IMG/VR virus record: IMGVR_UViG_3300045772_000033
Span: 1 to 64,000 of that record
Source: a virus
Length of the DNA stretch: 64,000 nucleotides
Strand: one strand, 5' to 3'
Shown here: positions 46,463 to 55,659 of the stretch, in pieces
Position numbering within the stretch: position 1 is the first letter of the stretch
How the letters are laid out: every line of letters begins with the position of its first letter
The notes under the pieces: generated by a model
The model's input: the letters and a program-made list of their open reading frames with translations, nothing else
What the model was told of the DNA's origin: nothing
Databases searched by the model: none
Made by a program: the position numbers and the translations under genes

Positions 46463-46807
46463 TCAACCGGCAGCGCCTTCGCAAGAGGGCGCATCATTGC
46501 CGCCCGCCTGCGCGCCCGTGGGCGCGTCCACGGCCTGAGCGCCTTCGATAGCAGGAAGGGGCTGTTCTGTGTCAAGAATGAGGTATTTAGTCGATTGCTC
46601 CATCCACTTACCGACTATGGAATGTACGCAGACCTGTCCACATAGATGCTTCATGTCCGGCTGGTCATGGTAGCCAGGACTCTGCGGAACATCCCACGGG
46701 GCCAGCATCAGGCACCCATTGGGCATAGACCACGCGAGAAACCAGTGGTTCGCATCTTTGCGCGTGGCTCCGCATACATCACACACGTAGGTAGGCTTCA
46801 CGCTCAC
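46463..46807 (-). CDS. Zn-finger hypothetical protein
   Basis: CDVCG...NHW...HLCGQVC. Confidence 0.65.
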   Translation of the reverse strand: MSVKPTYVCDVCGATRKDANHWFLAWSMPNGCLMLAPWDVPQSPGYHDQPDMKHLCGQVCVHSIVGKWMEQSTKYLILDTEQPLPAIEGAQAVDAPTGAQAGGNDAPSCEGAAG

Positions 46808-47034
46808 AGCTTCGGCCCTCCCTTCGCTGCCGCCGGCTCGTGCGGATTTGGTGTGTGGGCTGACTCAAACGCGCAGTTTGCACAAATGAAGGCATACTTC
46901 ACGCCATCGATCAGCACTACATGGCAGGTGCAGTGCGGGCCGGTCCACAGCGGCAACGGCTTGCAGCCTTCGCTTGTGCCGTCGCTCAGACCGCCCTCGT
47001 GGTAGCCGGATGCTTGAAACGGTATGCGGCTCAT
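46804..47034 (-). CDS. hypothetical protein
   Basis: GGAG RBS, overlap-coupled. Confidence 0.5.
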   Translation of the reverse strand: MSRIPFQASGYHEGGLSDGTSEGCKPLPLWTGPHCTCHVVLIDGVKYAFICANCAFESAHTPNPHEPAAAKGGPKL

Positions 47035-47207
47035 CGTAGTATCTCCAGAACATCGTTGGTTACAACAAAAACGCCAGGGTTGCCATCATCAGCAGCCCCA
47101 CGATGCAGGCGGCATCACGCAACTGGTCTGCCCGCCGCAAGTTGTCAATGAGCAGCGGCAGAGATTCGTCTAGTTCGACATTCAGAGCCTCATAGGGACA
47201 CATTGGG

Positions 47208-47762
47208 TCAAACCTCGTCAATTTCGATGTACTTTCTGCAAATGTCTGCACTGAAAAGCAATGACGCGGCCCTAGCAGCAGCAGCGGCAGCCCTGGCAGC
47301 AGCGTAGTCGGCAGCGTCGGCAGCGTAGGCAGCAGCGCGGGCAGCGTCGGCAGCAGCGTCGGCAGCGTAGGCGGCAGCGTCGTCGGCGTCGTCGGTAGCG
47401 TAGGCAGCGTAGGCAGCAGCGTAGGAAGCAGCGTCGGCAGCAGCGTTGGCAGCAGCGCGGACCTCTTCAATAGTTGCGTCGTCTTTCAGCCAGCGGCGCA
47501 CCACTGCGATAGTTTGGGTAGGAAGTGGATCGGTGGTAAATGCAAGAGCGGGTTCCACCGCGTCACAGGCAATAGCGACAATGGTTTTCAGCGGAACGTC
47601 ACCATACCTAGCTGCAAGCCACAGCATCCAATCTCCGCGATGGCAGGTCTTCCACACCTCAGCAAGAGATTTACCTTTGGCCCACTCTCGTGCCTGGTTA
47701 CACGCATCCAATCTGCCTGATGCCAGCAATGATTCAAAATCTTCTGCATTAAGATTCTTCAT
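47208..47762 (-). CDS. Ala-rich repeat protein, copy A (Imm5-like core)
   Basis: CHRGDWMLWL...P..TIAVVRRWL + A/Y/D repeats. Confidence 0.7.
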   Translation of the reverse strand: MKNLNAEDFESLLASGRLDACNQAREWAKGKSLAEVWKTCHRGDWMLWLAARYGDVPLKTIVAIACDAVEPALAFTTDPLPTQTIAVVRRWLKDDATIEEVRAAANAAADAASYAAAYAAYATDDADDAAAYAADAAADAARAAAYAADAADYAAARAAAAAARAASLLFSADICRKYIEIDEV

Positions 47763-48415
47763 TGTTCCTCCCTCTCGTTGTCAATGTCAATTTCGATGTA
47801 CTTTCTGCAAATGTCCGCACTGAAAAGCAATGACGCGGCCCTAGCAGCAGCGTCGGCAGCAGCGTAGGCGGCAGCGTCGGCAGCAGCGTCGGCAGCAGCG
47901 TCGGCAGCCCTAGCAGCAGCCTCAGCAGCGTAGGAAGCAGCGTCGTCGGCAGCGTCGGCAGCCCTAGCAGCGTCGGCAGCCCTAGCAGCAGCGTCAGCAG
48001 CCCTAGCAGCAGCGTAGGCAGCAGCGTCGGAAGCAGCGTAGGCAGCAGCCCTAGCAGCAGCGTAGGCAGCAGCGTAGGAAGCAGCGTTGGCAGCAGCGTA
48101 GGAAGCAGCGCGGACCTCTTCCAGAGTCGCCGCGCCTTTCAACCATCTGCGCACTACAGCAATCGTTGCTGCCGGACGCGGATCGGTCGTGAATGCAAGT
48201 GCCGGTTCCGCACAATCACAAGCAATCGCCACAATGGTTTTCAGCGGAACGTCACCATACCTAGCTGCAAGCCACAGCATCCAATCTCCGCGATGACACG
48301 TCTTCCACACCTCATCGAGAGATTTACCTTCAGCCCACGCTCGTGCCTGGTTACACGCATCCAATCTGTCTGATGCCAGCAATGATTCAAAATCTTCTGC
48401 ATTAAGATTCTTCAT
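47759..48415 (-). CDS. Ala-rich repeat protein, copy B
   Basis: Tandem paralogue with a longer repeat tract. Confidence 0.7.
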   Translation of the reverse strand: MKNLNAEDFESLLASDRLDACNQARAWAEGKSLDEVWKTCHRGDWMLWLAARYGDVPLKTIVAIACDCAEPALAFTTDPRPAATIAVVRRWLKGAATLEEVRAASYAAANAASYAAAYAAARAAAYAASDAAAYAAARAADAAARAADAARAADAADDAASYAAEAAARAADAAADAAADAAAYAAADAAARAASLLFSADICRKYIEIDIDNEREEQ

Positions 48416-48433
48416 TGTTCCTCCCTCTCGTTG

Positions 48434-48655
48434 TCAATCATTGAAGTCGATGGGCGTATTAGCTGCCCGTTGCGCGGCCAGGTTCTCGCGTCTGAGCGCC
48501 TCGGCCTCGATCTCCTTGTTTTGTGCATCTTCGAGTGCGTCCTTGATGATGCGCCAGCCGATCCAAATTAGGAATAGGCAGAGCGCATAGACGACAGCGC
48601 CCAGGAGGTAAACGGGCCAGTCGGCGATGATGGCGTCTGTCAGGCGGTCAATCAT
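48434..48655 (-). CDS. small membrane protein
   Basis: One TM segment. Confidence 0.55.
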   Translation of the reverse strand: MIDRLTDAIIADWPVYLLGAVVYALCLFLIWIGWRIIKDALEDAQNKEIEAEALRRENLAAQRAANTPIDFND

Positions 48656-48950
48656 GGCTGCTCCCGTCCGGCGCGGGCGGGTTGATGTGGCGAAAGTGCG
48701 TCCAGCCGTCGCGTACTAAGTCTTCATAGGGCGAGATACCACCAGCATCGCAGACAACGAAGAAAGACGGGTCGTCAAACCAAGAGCCGAGTTCATCGCC
48801 CATTTTAGGCAAGTTCTCCGGCGTTATCAGCGCCCACGCCGCAGCCTTAGACACTTCCGCAACGTGGTCGCCATAGAGTACCATTTCGCCATCGTCAGAT
48901 TTGTGCGGCACGTCCGCATCATTCCGATCAATCCAGTATCGCTGAATCAT
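48648..48950 (-). CDS. hypothetical protein (DDGEMVLYGDH motif)
   Basis: AGGA RBS, overlap-coupled. Confidence 0.55.
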   Translation of the reverse strand: MIQRYWIDRNDADVPHKSDDGEMVLYGDHVAEVSKAAAWALITPENLPKMGDELGSWFDDPSFFVVCDAGGISPYEDLVRDGWTHFRHINPPAPDGSSHD

Positions 48951-49513
48951 TTCGCATCCTTCCTGCACTTCGGGCACTCGCCGCCAGTGTCGATACGCCA
49001 ACTGTGATCGCATGACGGCTGTACTACTGGCAAGGTTGCACGTTCTTGGAGCATGGCGTTCATGGCCGCAAGAACGTCTTTGTGCGTGGGTTTGTTGACG
49101 TCCTCATGCAACATCGAAATGACGAAGTGTAGCTTGTCCACATCACGCTCGGTAAACGGCGCTGTCAGCCGCTCGACCTGGGCCTCTGCTTTCTCGGCGC
49201 GGGCCGTGAGAGCCTTTATCCTTTGTGTTGCCAGTTCTTCCCATTTTTCACACGCTTGCCATTTCTGCTCCACCAGTTCGATAAACTGTTCTGCCGTCAG
49301 AGGTTCATCAGTGAAGCCTCCCATAGCATCTACAGCGTGTGCGATGAGCGTTGCGTTCTCAGCCTTGAGCGCGGCGACTTGCGCTTCCAGCACATCCAAA
49401 TACGCGGATGCTTCCATAGATTCAAACTCGCTCAGAGAGCAAATAGACTTTCTGAGAAAGTCGAACATCTCTGCGGTTGTGATTGGGCGGCGTGTAACTT
49501 TCAACTCAGCCAT
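48947..49513 (-). CDS. coiled-coil hypothetical protein
   Basis: GGAGG RBS. Confidence 0.55.
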   Translation of the reverse strand: MAELKVTRRPITTAEMFDFLRKSICSLSEFESMEASAYLDVLEAQVAALKAENATLIAHAVDAMGGFTDEPLTAEQFIELVEQKWQACEKWEELATQRIKALTARAEKAEAQVERLTAPFTERDVDKLHFVISMLHEDVNKPTHKDVLAAMNAMLQERATLPVVQPSCDHSWRIDTGGECPKCRKDAK

Positions 49514-49515
49514 TG

Positions 49516-49971
49516 TCAATCCTCCAACTTGAAACTCGTTGTGCGGTAAGCTGCTTTGTTGCGCAGGAGGATGGCCGCTCCGGTAAAGGTCACGCGGGTC
49601 AGCTTCCACACCTCTGCCCGCATATCTTCCACCAGCGCGTCGGCCATCTCGTAACTCATGCCATAATCCGCTGATGCCGAGATCGAATCAATGATAGCGG
49701 CGCAATCGCGCTTGAACAGGTATCCAGCGATGATAAGCTCATTGCCGCGAATCTCAGCGGAGTCGATAACGCCAATTTTGTGGGCAGCATCGTGTCCTGT
49801 CCAATCGCCGCGGCTATTGACGCCCATCCCGATCAGAGATTCCAGAGCGTCTTTTGCTGCTTGCTTGGTAAGTAGGACACGATGTCCGCGACCGCCAGAA
49901 GGCGCCGTGTCGCTGGGAGTATCTAAAATCGTCAACACTCCCGAAAACGGTGCTTTGTTCGGATGAGTCAC
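49516..49971 (-). CDS. prohead-protease-like domain protein
   Basis: GHDAAHKIGVI..AEI....L...GYLF, GMSYE, FTGAAIL...AAY. Confidence 0.55.
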   Translation of the reverse strand: MTHPNKAPFSGVLTILDTPSDTAPSGGRGHRVLLTKQAAKDALESLIGMGVNSRGDWTGHDAAHKIGVIDSAEIRGNELIIAGYLFKRDCAAIIDSISASADYGMSYEMADALVEDMRAEVWKLTRVTFTGAAILLRNKAAYRTTSFKLED

Positions 49972-50083
49972 AGCCACCTCCACAGCGCCCAGATGATGAG
50001 CGCCGCCCACATAATCAGGCTAATGATGCAGCCGAAGCAGATGCCACGAGCCGCGCTGAGCGGGTCAGGGTAGATTCCAGGTG

Positions 50084-50290
50084 TCATTTCGCGCCTCCGT
50101 GCGCTGTGCCGGATCGTCCGGCGGGCGTGGGCTGGCCGTCTATGCGGCGCTTATGCTCATCATTCACGATGATCCTGATGCAATCTAAATCGCTTTGCCT
50201 CATCTCGTGAATGTTCCCGATTATGAGCGTCGATCCCCAATCAGCCTTTTCAGCGGCAGTGCGCTGCATAAAGCCCATGTGTTCTTTCAT
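50084..50290 (-). CDS. hypothetical protein
   Basis: GGAGG RBS. Confidence 0.45.
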   Translation of the reverse strand: MKEHMGFMQRTAAEKADWGSTLIIGNIHEMRQSDLDCIRIIVNDEHKRRIDGQPTPAGRSGTAHGGAK

Positions 50291-50599
50291 TTTTTGTTTC
50301 CTCCCTTGAGAGCGATCACCTGTTTAGCTAGGATGAGCGCCGCCGCTTTCATTTGCATATACGGCATAAGCACGAGGCCAGGGTGTTCGGTTACGGCCTG
50401 TTCAACGGCCTCCTGCAAAAGATTGTGCGATTCGTGATCGTATTCCATTTTTTCTGCTCCTTATGCGGTTGAGTACCGCTGTCCTGATGGTTATGCTTGA
50501 GCAACGCCGAAAATCTGCGCGTAATAGTCTCCAAGGCTAGGAGCACCATCAACCTCGTAGTGGTATCCCTTGCGTCCATACGTGCGCTCGCGCGCCGGG

Positions 50600-50794
50600 C
50601 TATCCACGGCGGGTCCATAGCGCCAGCGCAGTTGCCCGGTCCTTCTGTGAGTTGATCGTGCAGCCGCATTGAAGGTTGTTGCACTTGACCCAGCAGACAG
50701 AATCACCATATCTGGGCTGATCCTCGTGCAGGAACGCCTCGTCTCCGCACAACGGACAGGCTGCCGCTTTTGCGCGTGTCACTACAATTTTCAT
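50600..50794 (-). CDS. Lar-family restriction-alleviation-like Zn-finger protein
   Basis: CPLCG...VKC...CG........A...W.RR. Confidence 0.6.
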   Translation of the reverse strand: MKIVVTRAKAAACPLCGDEAFLHEDQPRYGDSVCWVKCNNLQCGCTINSQKDRATALALWTRRG

Positions 50795-50806
50795 CGATCT
50801 TCCTCC

Positions 50807-51028
50807 TCATCCTTCTCTCAGAACATCGTCCAAACCCTGCCACGTCGCCTGAGTCCGGCTCTCGTGGTCTTCGTCCCAGGCGCCGAGCATCGAGACCAGA
50901 TCCCTCTCGGTCGCCGGCGCCCCGCCGTGCCCAAAGAATCGGGCCTCGTGCTTGCGCAAGGCGGCGACCCATTCGGGCGGGCTAATCGGCGCCGGCGGGG
51001 GCGTGGGATAACCGTGTTGTCTGGGCAT
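50807..51028 (-). CDS. hypothetical protein
   Basis: Operon context. Confidence 0.45.
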   Translation of the reverse strand: MPRQHGYPTPPPAPISPPEWVAALRKHEARFFGHGGAPATERDLVSMLGAWDEDHESRTQATWQGLDDVLREG

Positions 51029-51221
51029 CAGGAGGCATCCTTGGTCTTTGCTGTCTTCTCTGCCTTCTCCGCCCGCTCTGCCCGCTCATCAGCCAGCTTC
51101 TTCTGGATCGCCTGGACCTTCCCGACCACGTCCGGCCAATTGACTGGCGGCCGCGCGCCGGGCGGATCTGCCGGCTGCGGCGGAGCAAGAATGGAATCGT
51201 TTGGGCCATTGATTTGATCGG

Positions 51222-51485
51222 TCATTTGTATGCGTGCCCAACGCAAACTGGCCTCCGAGAGCTCCGATCGATCCCGCCACGAAGGTCCGCAGCATAGCCA
51301 TAAAACTCCGCGCGGTTGACTCTGACGACTTGACTGTTCTTCACGTCGTCCAGGCAGTCCAGGCAGTCCTGGCAATCGCGACGAGTAGCCTGATCCGGCA
51401 TTGGCTCGAAATGAACCGACGGACGATGACGCCCGGCCTCGAACTTCTTCTTCTTCTTCTTCTTCTTTACTGCTTTGACTTTCAT
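51222..51485 (-). CDS. hypothetical protein with N-terminal (AAG)8 poly-Lys
   Basis: GGAGG RBS; first gene after a promoter. Confidence 0.55.
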   Translation of the reverse strand: MKVKAVKKKKKKKKFEAGRHRPSVHFEPMPDQATRRDCQDCLDCLDDVKNSQVVRVNRAEFYGYAADLRGGIDRSSRRPVCVGHAYK

Positions 51486-51504
51486 ACCAGTCCTCCAATT
51501 CCTT

Positions 51505-51534
51505 AACGCTATCACCCTTTTTCATTCTTGTCAA
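51505..51534 (-). promoter_or_regulatory. sigma70-like early promoter
   Basis: TTGACA-17bp-TAGCGT with an A-tract upstream. Confidence 0.55.
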
Positions 51535-51536
51535 TA

Positions 51537-51743
51537 CTATCTCACAATTTTTCTTGGCCGGACGAATTCCACGGCAACGCGGCGGTCGTTCTCGTATCGC
51601 TCCACATCCTTCTCGCGGTAGACCACGCGCCGGCCCAGCTTGACGTAGGGGCAGCCCTTCCCCTGGCTGCGCAGGTTGGCGAGGTAGCCGCGGGAGGTCA
51701 GCCAACGTGCTGCGAGCTGATCAGATGTGAGGATATGGCTCAC
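51537..51743 (-). CDS. excisionase/AlpA-like HTH protein
   Basis: LTSDQLAARW...LANLRSQGKGCPYVKLGRRVVYR. Confidence 0.8.
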   Translation of the reverse strand: MSHILTSDQLAARWLTSRGYLANLRSQGKGCPYVKLGRRVVYREKDVERYENDRRVAVEFVRPRKIVR

Positions 51744-52324
51744 GAGAATACCTCCGCGAGAAGACGCGGTTTTTTGAGCGGACAGTAGATTGTCTCGCCC
51801 TCATAGCACTCTTTCCATTCGATGTTTATCCAGACCGTCCATAGAACTTCCATCGTAGGACTGCCTGACTTCGCCCCAAACAGGAAATCCGGCCTCCAAG
51901 TCAAAGGTAAAACCATCTGCGGCTGAATCTCTTGGAAGAGTTTTAGACGTGATGCGCTGTGCCAGTATTGACTCTTGAGCAAGAACGCAAACCCACAACG
52001 AGGCTTCAACTCCTTTGCATGACGAATAAACTCCTCGGCTGCACAGAATGGCGGGTTGGTAACGATGAACGATTCAGGACACTCCTTTGTCTCCAAAAAG
52101 TTTGTCCCAGTCTGAATGTCCGTGCCTCGCACATTATAACCATTGCCCCGAAGTACACCCACCATCTTCCCATCGCCACAAGCCGGTTCCCATATCGTGT
52201 GTTCCTTGGGAATATCAAGAAAGTCGATTAATGCCTGCGTCACATTGGAGGGAGTAGGAAAGAAGTCGGTTGCTGGCCGATCACGCCAGTTAGCAGAGGA
52301 TGAATTAGCTAAAGTCACTGTCAT
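51740..52324 (-). CDS. DNA amino-methyltransferase (N6-adenine type)
   Basis: DFFPTP, WEPACGDG, VTNPPF. Confidence 0.8.
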   Translation of the reverse strand: MTVTLANSSSANWRDRPATDFFPTPSNVTQALIDFLDIPKEHTIWEPACGDGKMVGVLRGNGYNVRGTDIQTGTNFLETKECPESFIVTNPPFCAAEEFIRHAKELKPRCGFAFLLKSQYWHSASRLKLFQEIQPQMVLPLTWRPDFLFGAKSGSPTMEVLWTVWINIEWKECYEGETIYCPLKKPRLLAEVFS

Positions 52325-52484
52325 ACGCAACCCTCGAATTCTCTTAAACGAGGAAAAGACTTTTGGATGATGGCCCAGGCTTCAGCATCCGCTGCTTCCT
52401 CGGTGCCGCCGCCGTTAATTGCATCAGAAAAAGATTGCACCCACAGTGCGTTTTCTTCTTCCGTCAAAACTGCTTTCGCCAAGC

Positions 52485-54689
52485 TCATTCCGCCCATGGA
52501 ACTTCACCCCCGATGTATTTTTCAAATTCCTTGCGCATGGTATCCAGAGACCCTTTGAAGTACGCATAGCTCGTGTCACCTTCCTTCAGGCGCGCGCCGC
52601 CGATCTTTTTCTTCTCGAAGCTCGGCGCCATCTGGCGGAGGATTTTCCCGAAGTTCACGTCGTTGGGCAGGCGGCCCTTGATGTTGCGATTCCCAACCCA
52701 TCGGCGAAGGGCATCCCTGAGCCGGTTGGTTGGAATTGAATCCGGCCATTCCCCACCCCAGTCGCCGCCGGCGATCAGCCCGGCCGCCAGGGTGTCGTAC
52801 CACCACTGGGGAACAGGCTCCAGAGACGATATTTTCTGAGAGACGAGGCCGACCGTGTTGGGTGCCAGGTTCACGTCCTGGGTGATCTTGTAGTCCATCA
52901 GGTAGCGCAGCAAATGCGCGGCTCCGCCGCGCTCGTCCAAGCCCAGGCGCATCTCCATGAAATACTCCCTGTCCTGCTTGCGGCCCTCGCCGACCTCGAA
53001 GACCGCCCAGCGGCGCTCGTCGGCACTGGCCGGCACCAGCCACTCCTCGTTGCCAATCACGACCACCCTGGTCAGGTTCCGAACCGTGAAGGACTCCTTG
53101 CCTTTCAACTCGATCAGGTGTTCCGTGCCGGTCACCAGATCCTTGACGACGCCCTCGGCTTCTTTGTCTCCAGACCAAAAGGCCTCGTCGAGAATGAACA
53201 GCAAGCACCGTTGCAAATGTGAGGTAAAATTGCCAACCAAATACCGGCGGCGGGATGTGGTCATGGCATGGCCGCCCAGCAGCTTGCTGACGCGCTCGAC
53301 CAGCGCGTTCTTGCCCACACCCTTGCCGCCGCGGAAGACAACCGCCACCAGAGGCTTCTCGTAAGGCTTCTGGATCAGGTGAGCGAACCAGCAGGTGAGC
53401 CAATCGGCCAGATTCTTGTCCCGGCTGCAAATGTTCTCGAAGAGGTGCTCTTTCCATCGCTCGACCATTGGGTGCAGAGGCACGCCGGAACCTGCCGCGG
53501 CGGACGCGGGTGCCGGTTCCACGGCGAAGCCGCGCCACAGATTGAACCAGCGCGGCCCAGCGTCTATCTCAGGCTCGAAGACCAGGCCGTCGAAGTTCCT
53601 GCGGCCCTTCCACTCCATCCACATCTGGGCAGTGGGTTTGGACTTGTCGCCGCACTGCAACTTGTTGGCTGCGTGAATGTCCAGAAAGGACTGCTTGTTC
53701 ATCAAATGGAAGGCATAGTCGCCCTTGCGATCCGTGGTCTCCCAGAGGATGTTCCCGGTGCCCCCGGCAAAAACGAAGGCGAAATTCTTGTTCAGCTTCG
53801 TGAGGGGGTGAATGCCCTCCGGCTGGTCGCTTTCAGGTGTTTCCTCCACTGGAGGAAACACAGCTTCCGGGGCTTGTATGCCTTGTGGCTCTTTTCCGTA
53901 TCGGAATGCGTTGCGAACTTTCGTTTCGAGTTCTTCGTGGCTCCATGGGGGAAAGCAACGCTCGTTCCAAGGAGCCATCAACTCAAGCGCCTGGTCGGCA
54001 TCGCAGCCAAGATCCTTCAGATGCGCAGCCACCTTGAAGGTCTCAGCGTCGCCGCCCTGGCCTTCGGTCGCTATTGGGGCATAGGCTGCGAGCCATGCCT
54101 GAGCGCGCTGCGCGGCGCGCTCAGGCTCGACGCCGGGGAGAGGCTCGGCTGAGGCGTCGGCGCGGCTGCGGGCGGCGCCAAGGCGGGCGACAAGCCAGTC
54201 TGGGGCCGGTACGGGAGGAATCTTGTTAGTAACCTCGTAGGGCTTGCCGTCGATGATACTGCCTGGGCCTAAAACATATCCGCCGAGGCTGCGGATGTCG
54301 AGGCCTTGGCCGAGGGTGTCGGTGCCCTGCCTCAAGGCCTTGGGAGTCCGGTAGTACAGGTGCTGGCCGCCCGATGGTGTGGAAACAGTGAACGTGGCGG
54401 GCAGCTCGAATCCTTCAAGATCGAGGTTGAGGAGGCTCAGGTCGCCGCGCTTGCCGGCCTTCACGTCCACGTCCACGACCACCAGCGCCTCGTCCGCAGC
54501 GAAGTGGGATGTGGAGATGCCCACGTTTTTCGGACGTCCGTTCCACCAGGATTCGACCCGCTTCGGGTCCGTGGTCGCCCGATTGGGGAAGTCCTTGATC
54601 GCTGGCAACTTGCCATTTTCAGCGCATGGGAAAACCTGAAACCCACTGGCGGCCAGACGCAACGCGAATTCTGATTGAGGCGTGGTCAT
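52485..54689 (-). CDS. bifunctional prim-pol primase / helicase (DUF5906-like NTPase)
   Basis: VFPC..K.P, VVDVD, TPSGGQHLYY, DIRSLGGYV; GGKGVGKN, ILDEA, ERRW. Confidence 0.9.
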   Translation of the reverse strand: MTTPQSEFALRLAASGFQVFPCAENGKLPAIKDFPNRATTDPKRVESWWNGRPKNVGISTSHFAADEALVVVDVDVKAGKRGDLSLLNLDLEGFELPATFTVSTPSGGQHLYYRTPKALRQGTDTLGQGLDIRSLGGYVLGPGSIIDGKPYEVTNKIPPVPAPDWLVARLGAARSRADASAEPLPGVEPERAAQRAQAWLAAYAPIATEGQGGDAETFKVAAHLKDLGCDADQALELMAPWNERCFPPWSHEELETKVRNAFRYGKEPQGIQAPEAVFPPVEETPESDQPEGIHPLTKLNKNFAFVFAGGTGNILWETTDRKGDYAFHLMNKQSFLDIHAANKLQCGDKSKPTAQMWMEWKGRRNFDGLVFEPEIDAGPRWFNLWRGFAVEPAPASAAAGSGVPLHPMVERWKEHLFENICSRDKNLADWLTCWFAHLIQKPYEKPLVAVVFRGGKGVGKNALVERVSKLLGGHAMTTSRRRYLVGNFTSHLQRCLLFILDEAFWSGDKEAEGVVKDLVTGTEHLIELKGKESFTVRNLTRVVVIGNEEWLVPASADERRWAVFEVGEGRKQDREYFMEMRLGLDERGGAAHLLRYLMDYKITQDVNLAPNTVGLVSQKISSLEPVPQWWYDTLAAGLIAGGDWGGEWPDSIPTNRLRDALRRWVGNRNIKGRLPNDVNFGKILRQMAPSFEKKKIGGARLKEGDTSYAYFKGSLDTMRKEFEKYIGGEVPWAE

Positions 54690-54787
54690 GAGAGGATCTC
54701 CGCGAGAATGCGCTTGTGGGCCAGAGCGATGTAGTCCGGGTTCAATTCTATGCCGATAAAGTCCCTTTGGTGGCGCAGGATCTTCAT
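54686..54787 (-). pseudogene. C-terminal remnant of a beta-class DNA methyltransferase
   Basis: MKILRHQRDFIGIELNPDYIALAHKRI. Confidence 0.55.
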
Positions 54788-55062
54788 CACTCACCCTGAG
54801 AAAAGTAAAATTCGAGCATTGCATTGAAAGCAACTGCCCCTAAATGCCCCTGCAAATCCCCCGTTTTGTCGTGCCTCATGCCGTCCTCGTAGAGCCACAG
54901 GTGCTGGTGGGCGTGGCGCAGGATCTCCGCCTTCTGGTGGCGCGGAATCCTGCGTTGCGGGCCACTCGCTTCAAAGGCGTCGGCGCCGAAAGCCTCATGG
55001 CCGATGCGGCCGATGTCATTCATAAGAGCGAGAAAATTGGGATCGAGGAATTCGTAGGTCAT
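54787..55062 (-). CDS. dATP/dGTP diphosphohydrolase-domain (DUF5664-like) protein
   Basis: Y.FL.P..L......G...FG...RHA..HL.....G...D.....HL.AVAFNA. Confidence 0.55.
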   Translation of the reverse strand: MTYEFLDPNFLALMNDIGRIGHEAFGADAFEASGPQRRIPRHQKAEILRHAHQHLWLYEDGMRHDKTGDLQGHLGAVAFNAMLEFYFSQGE

Positions 55063-55391
55063 TTTCCACCCACTTCCATAAACTCAACCGGAATGCCGAG
55101 CCCTTGAGCGATCTGAATCTCAGCCTGAACGCCTCTTGACTCCAGCCAGCCATCCATCTTGGCGACAATTAACTTTTCGCTTGCGCGGATGAACTCATGG
55201 TCGAACTTCTGCCAATAGTCCCAGCCGCGGGGCAGATCGCAGCGCACGGCAATCGGGTGCGTGTGCGCGATTGGGCAAAAGACGACAAGCCCTTGGGCCA
55301 TCAGGCCGCCGGCGATTCGGCACGCCTCTTCAAAGCGGGCCTCCTCGACGTTCTTATCGGGGTGCGAGTATGGGGTTGCGAGATAGATCAT
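55059..55391 (-). CDS. DUF1937 (nucleoside deoxyribosyltransferase-like) protein
   Basis: IYLATPYSH, VFCPIAHTH, GWLESRGVQAEI..A..LGIPV. Confidence 0.8.
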   Translation of the reverse strand: MIYLATPYSHPDKNVEEARFEEACRIAGGLMAQGLVVFCPIAHTHPIAVRCDLPRGWDYWQKFDHEFIRASEKLIVAKMDGWLESRGVQAEIQIAQGLGIPVEFMEVGGK

Positions 55392-55546
55392 TGAAACCCC
55401 TTCTTCGGGTCCGGCTTGTACCGCTCCCCACATTTGCTGCAATATGCCTCGCGCTCCTCGAAGTCAAACAGGATGCGCTCGCCGGGGTCTATGTCGCGGG
55501 TACAGGAGACGCATTCTCCTTTGAATTTTGCTGTGATCCAGTTCAT
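55388..55546 (-). CDS. small Zn-finger protein (52 aa)
   Basis: GGAGG RBS; AKFKGECVSC...YCSKCG. Confidence 0.55.
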   Translation of the reverse strand: MNWITAKFKGECVSCTRDIDPGERILFDFEEREAYCSKCGERYKPDPKKGFQ

Positions 55547-55659
55547 CGATTTTTGTCCTCCGTTGCCATGATGAATTTGTGCGTGGCCACCGCTTCCTTT
55601 TTTCGGATAGCCGCTTTAGCTCGCTTTGCCTTGCGATTTCCCTTGTACATCTCGGCCCC

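Noticed and set aside
43031-48415. Diversity-generating retroelement behind the fibre or Ala-rich repeats
   Set aside because: No reverse transcriptase and no non-coding template repeat; the differences are not adenine-specific
51537-51743. Integration module or att site
   Set aside because: An excisionase-like HTH is present, but no integrase or tRNA-end duplication was found in the window
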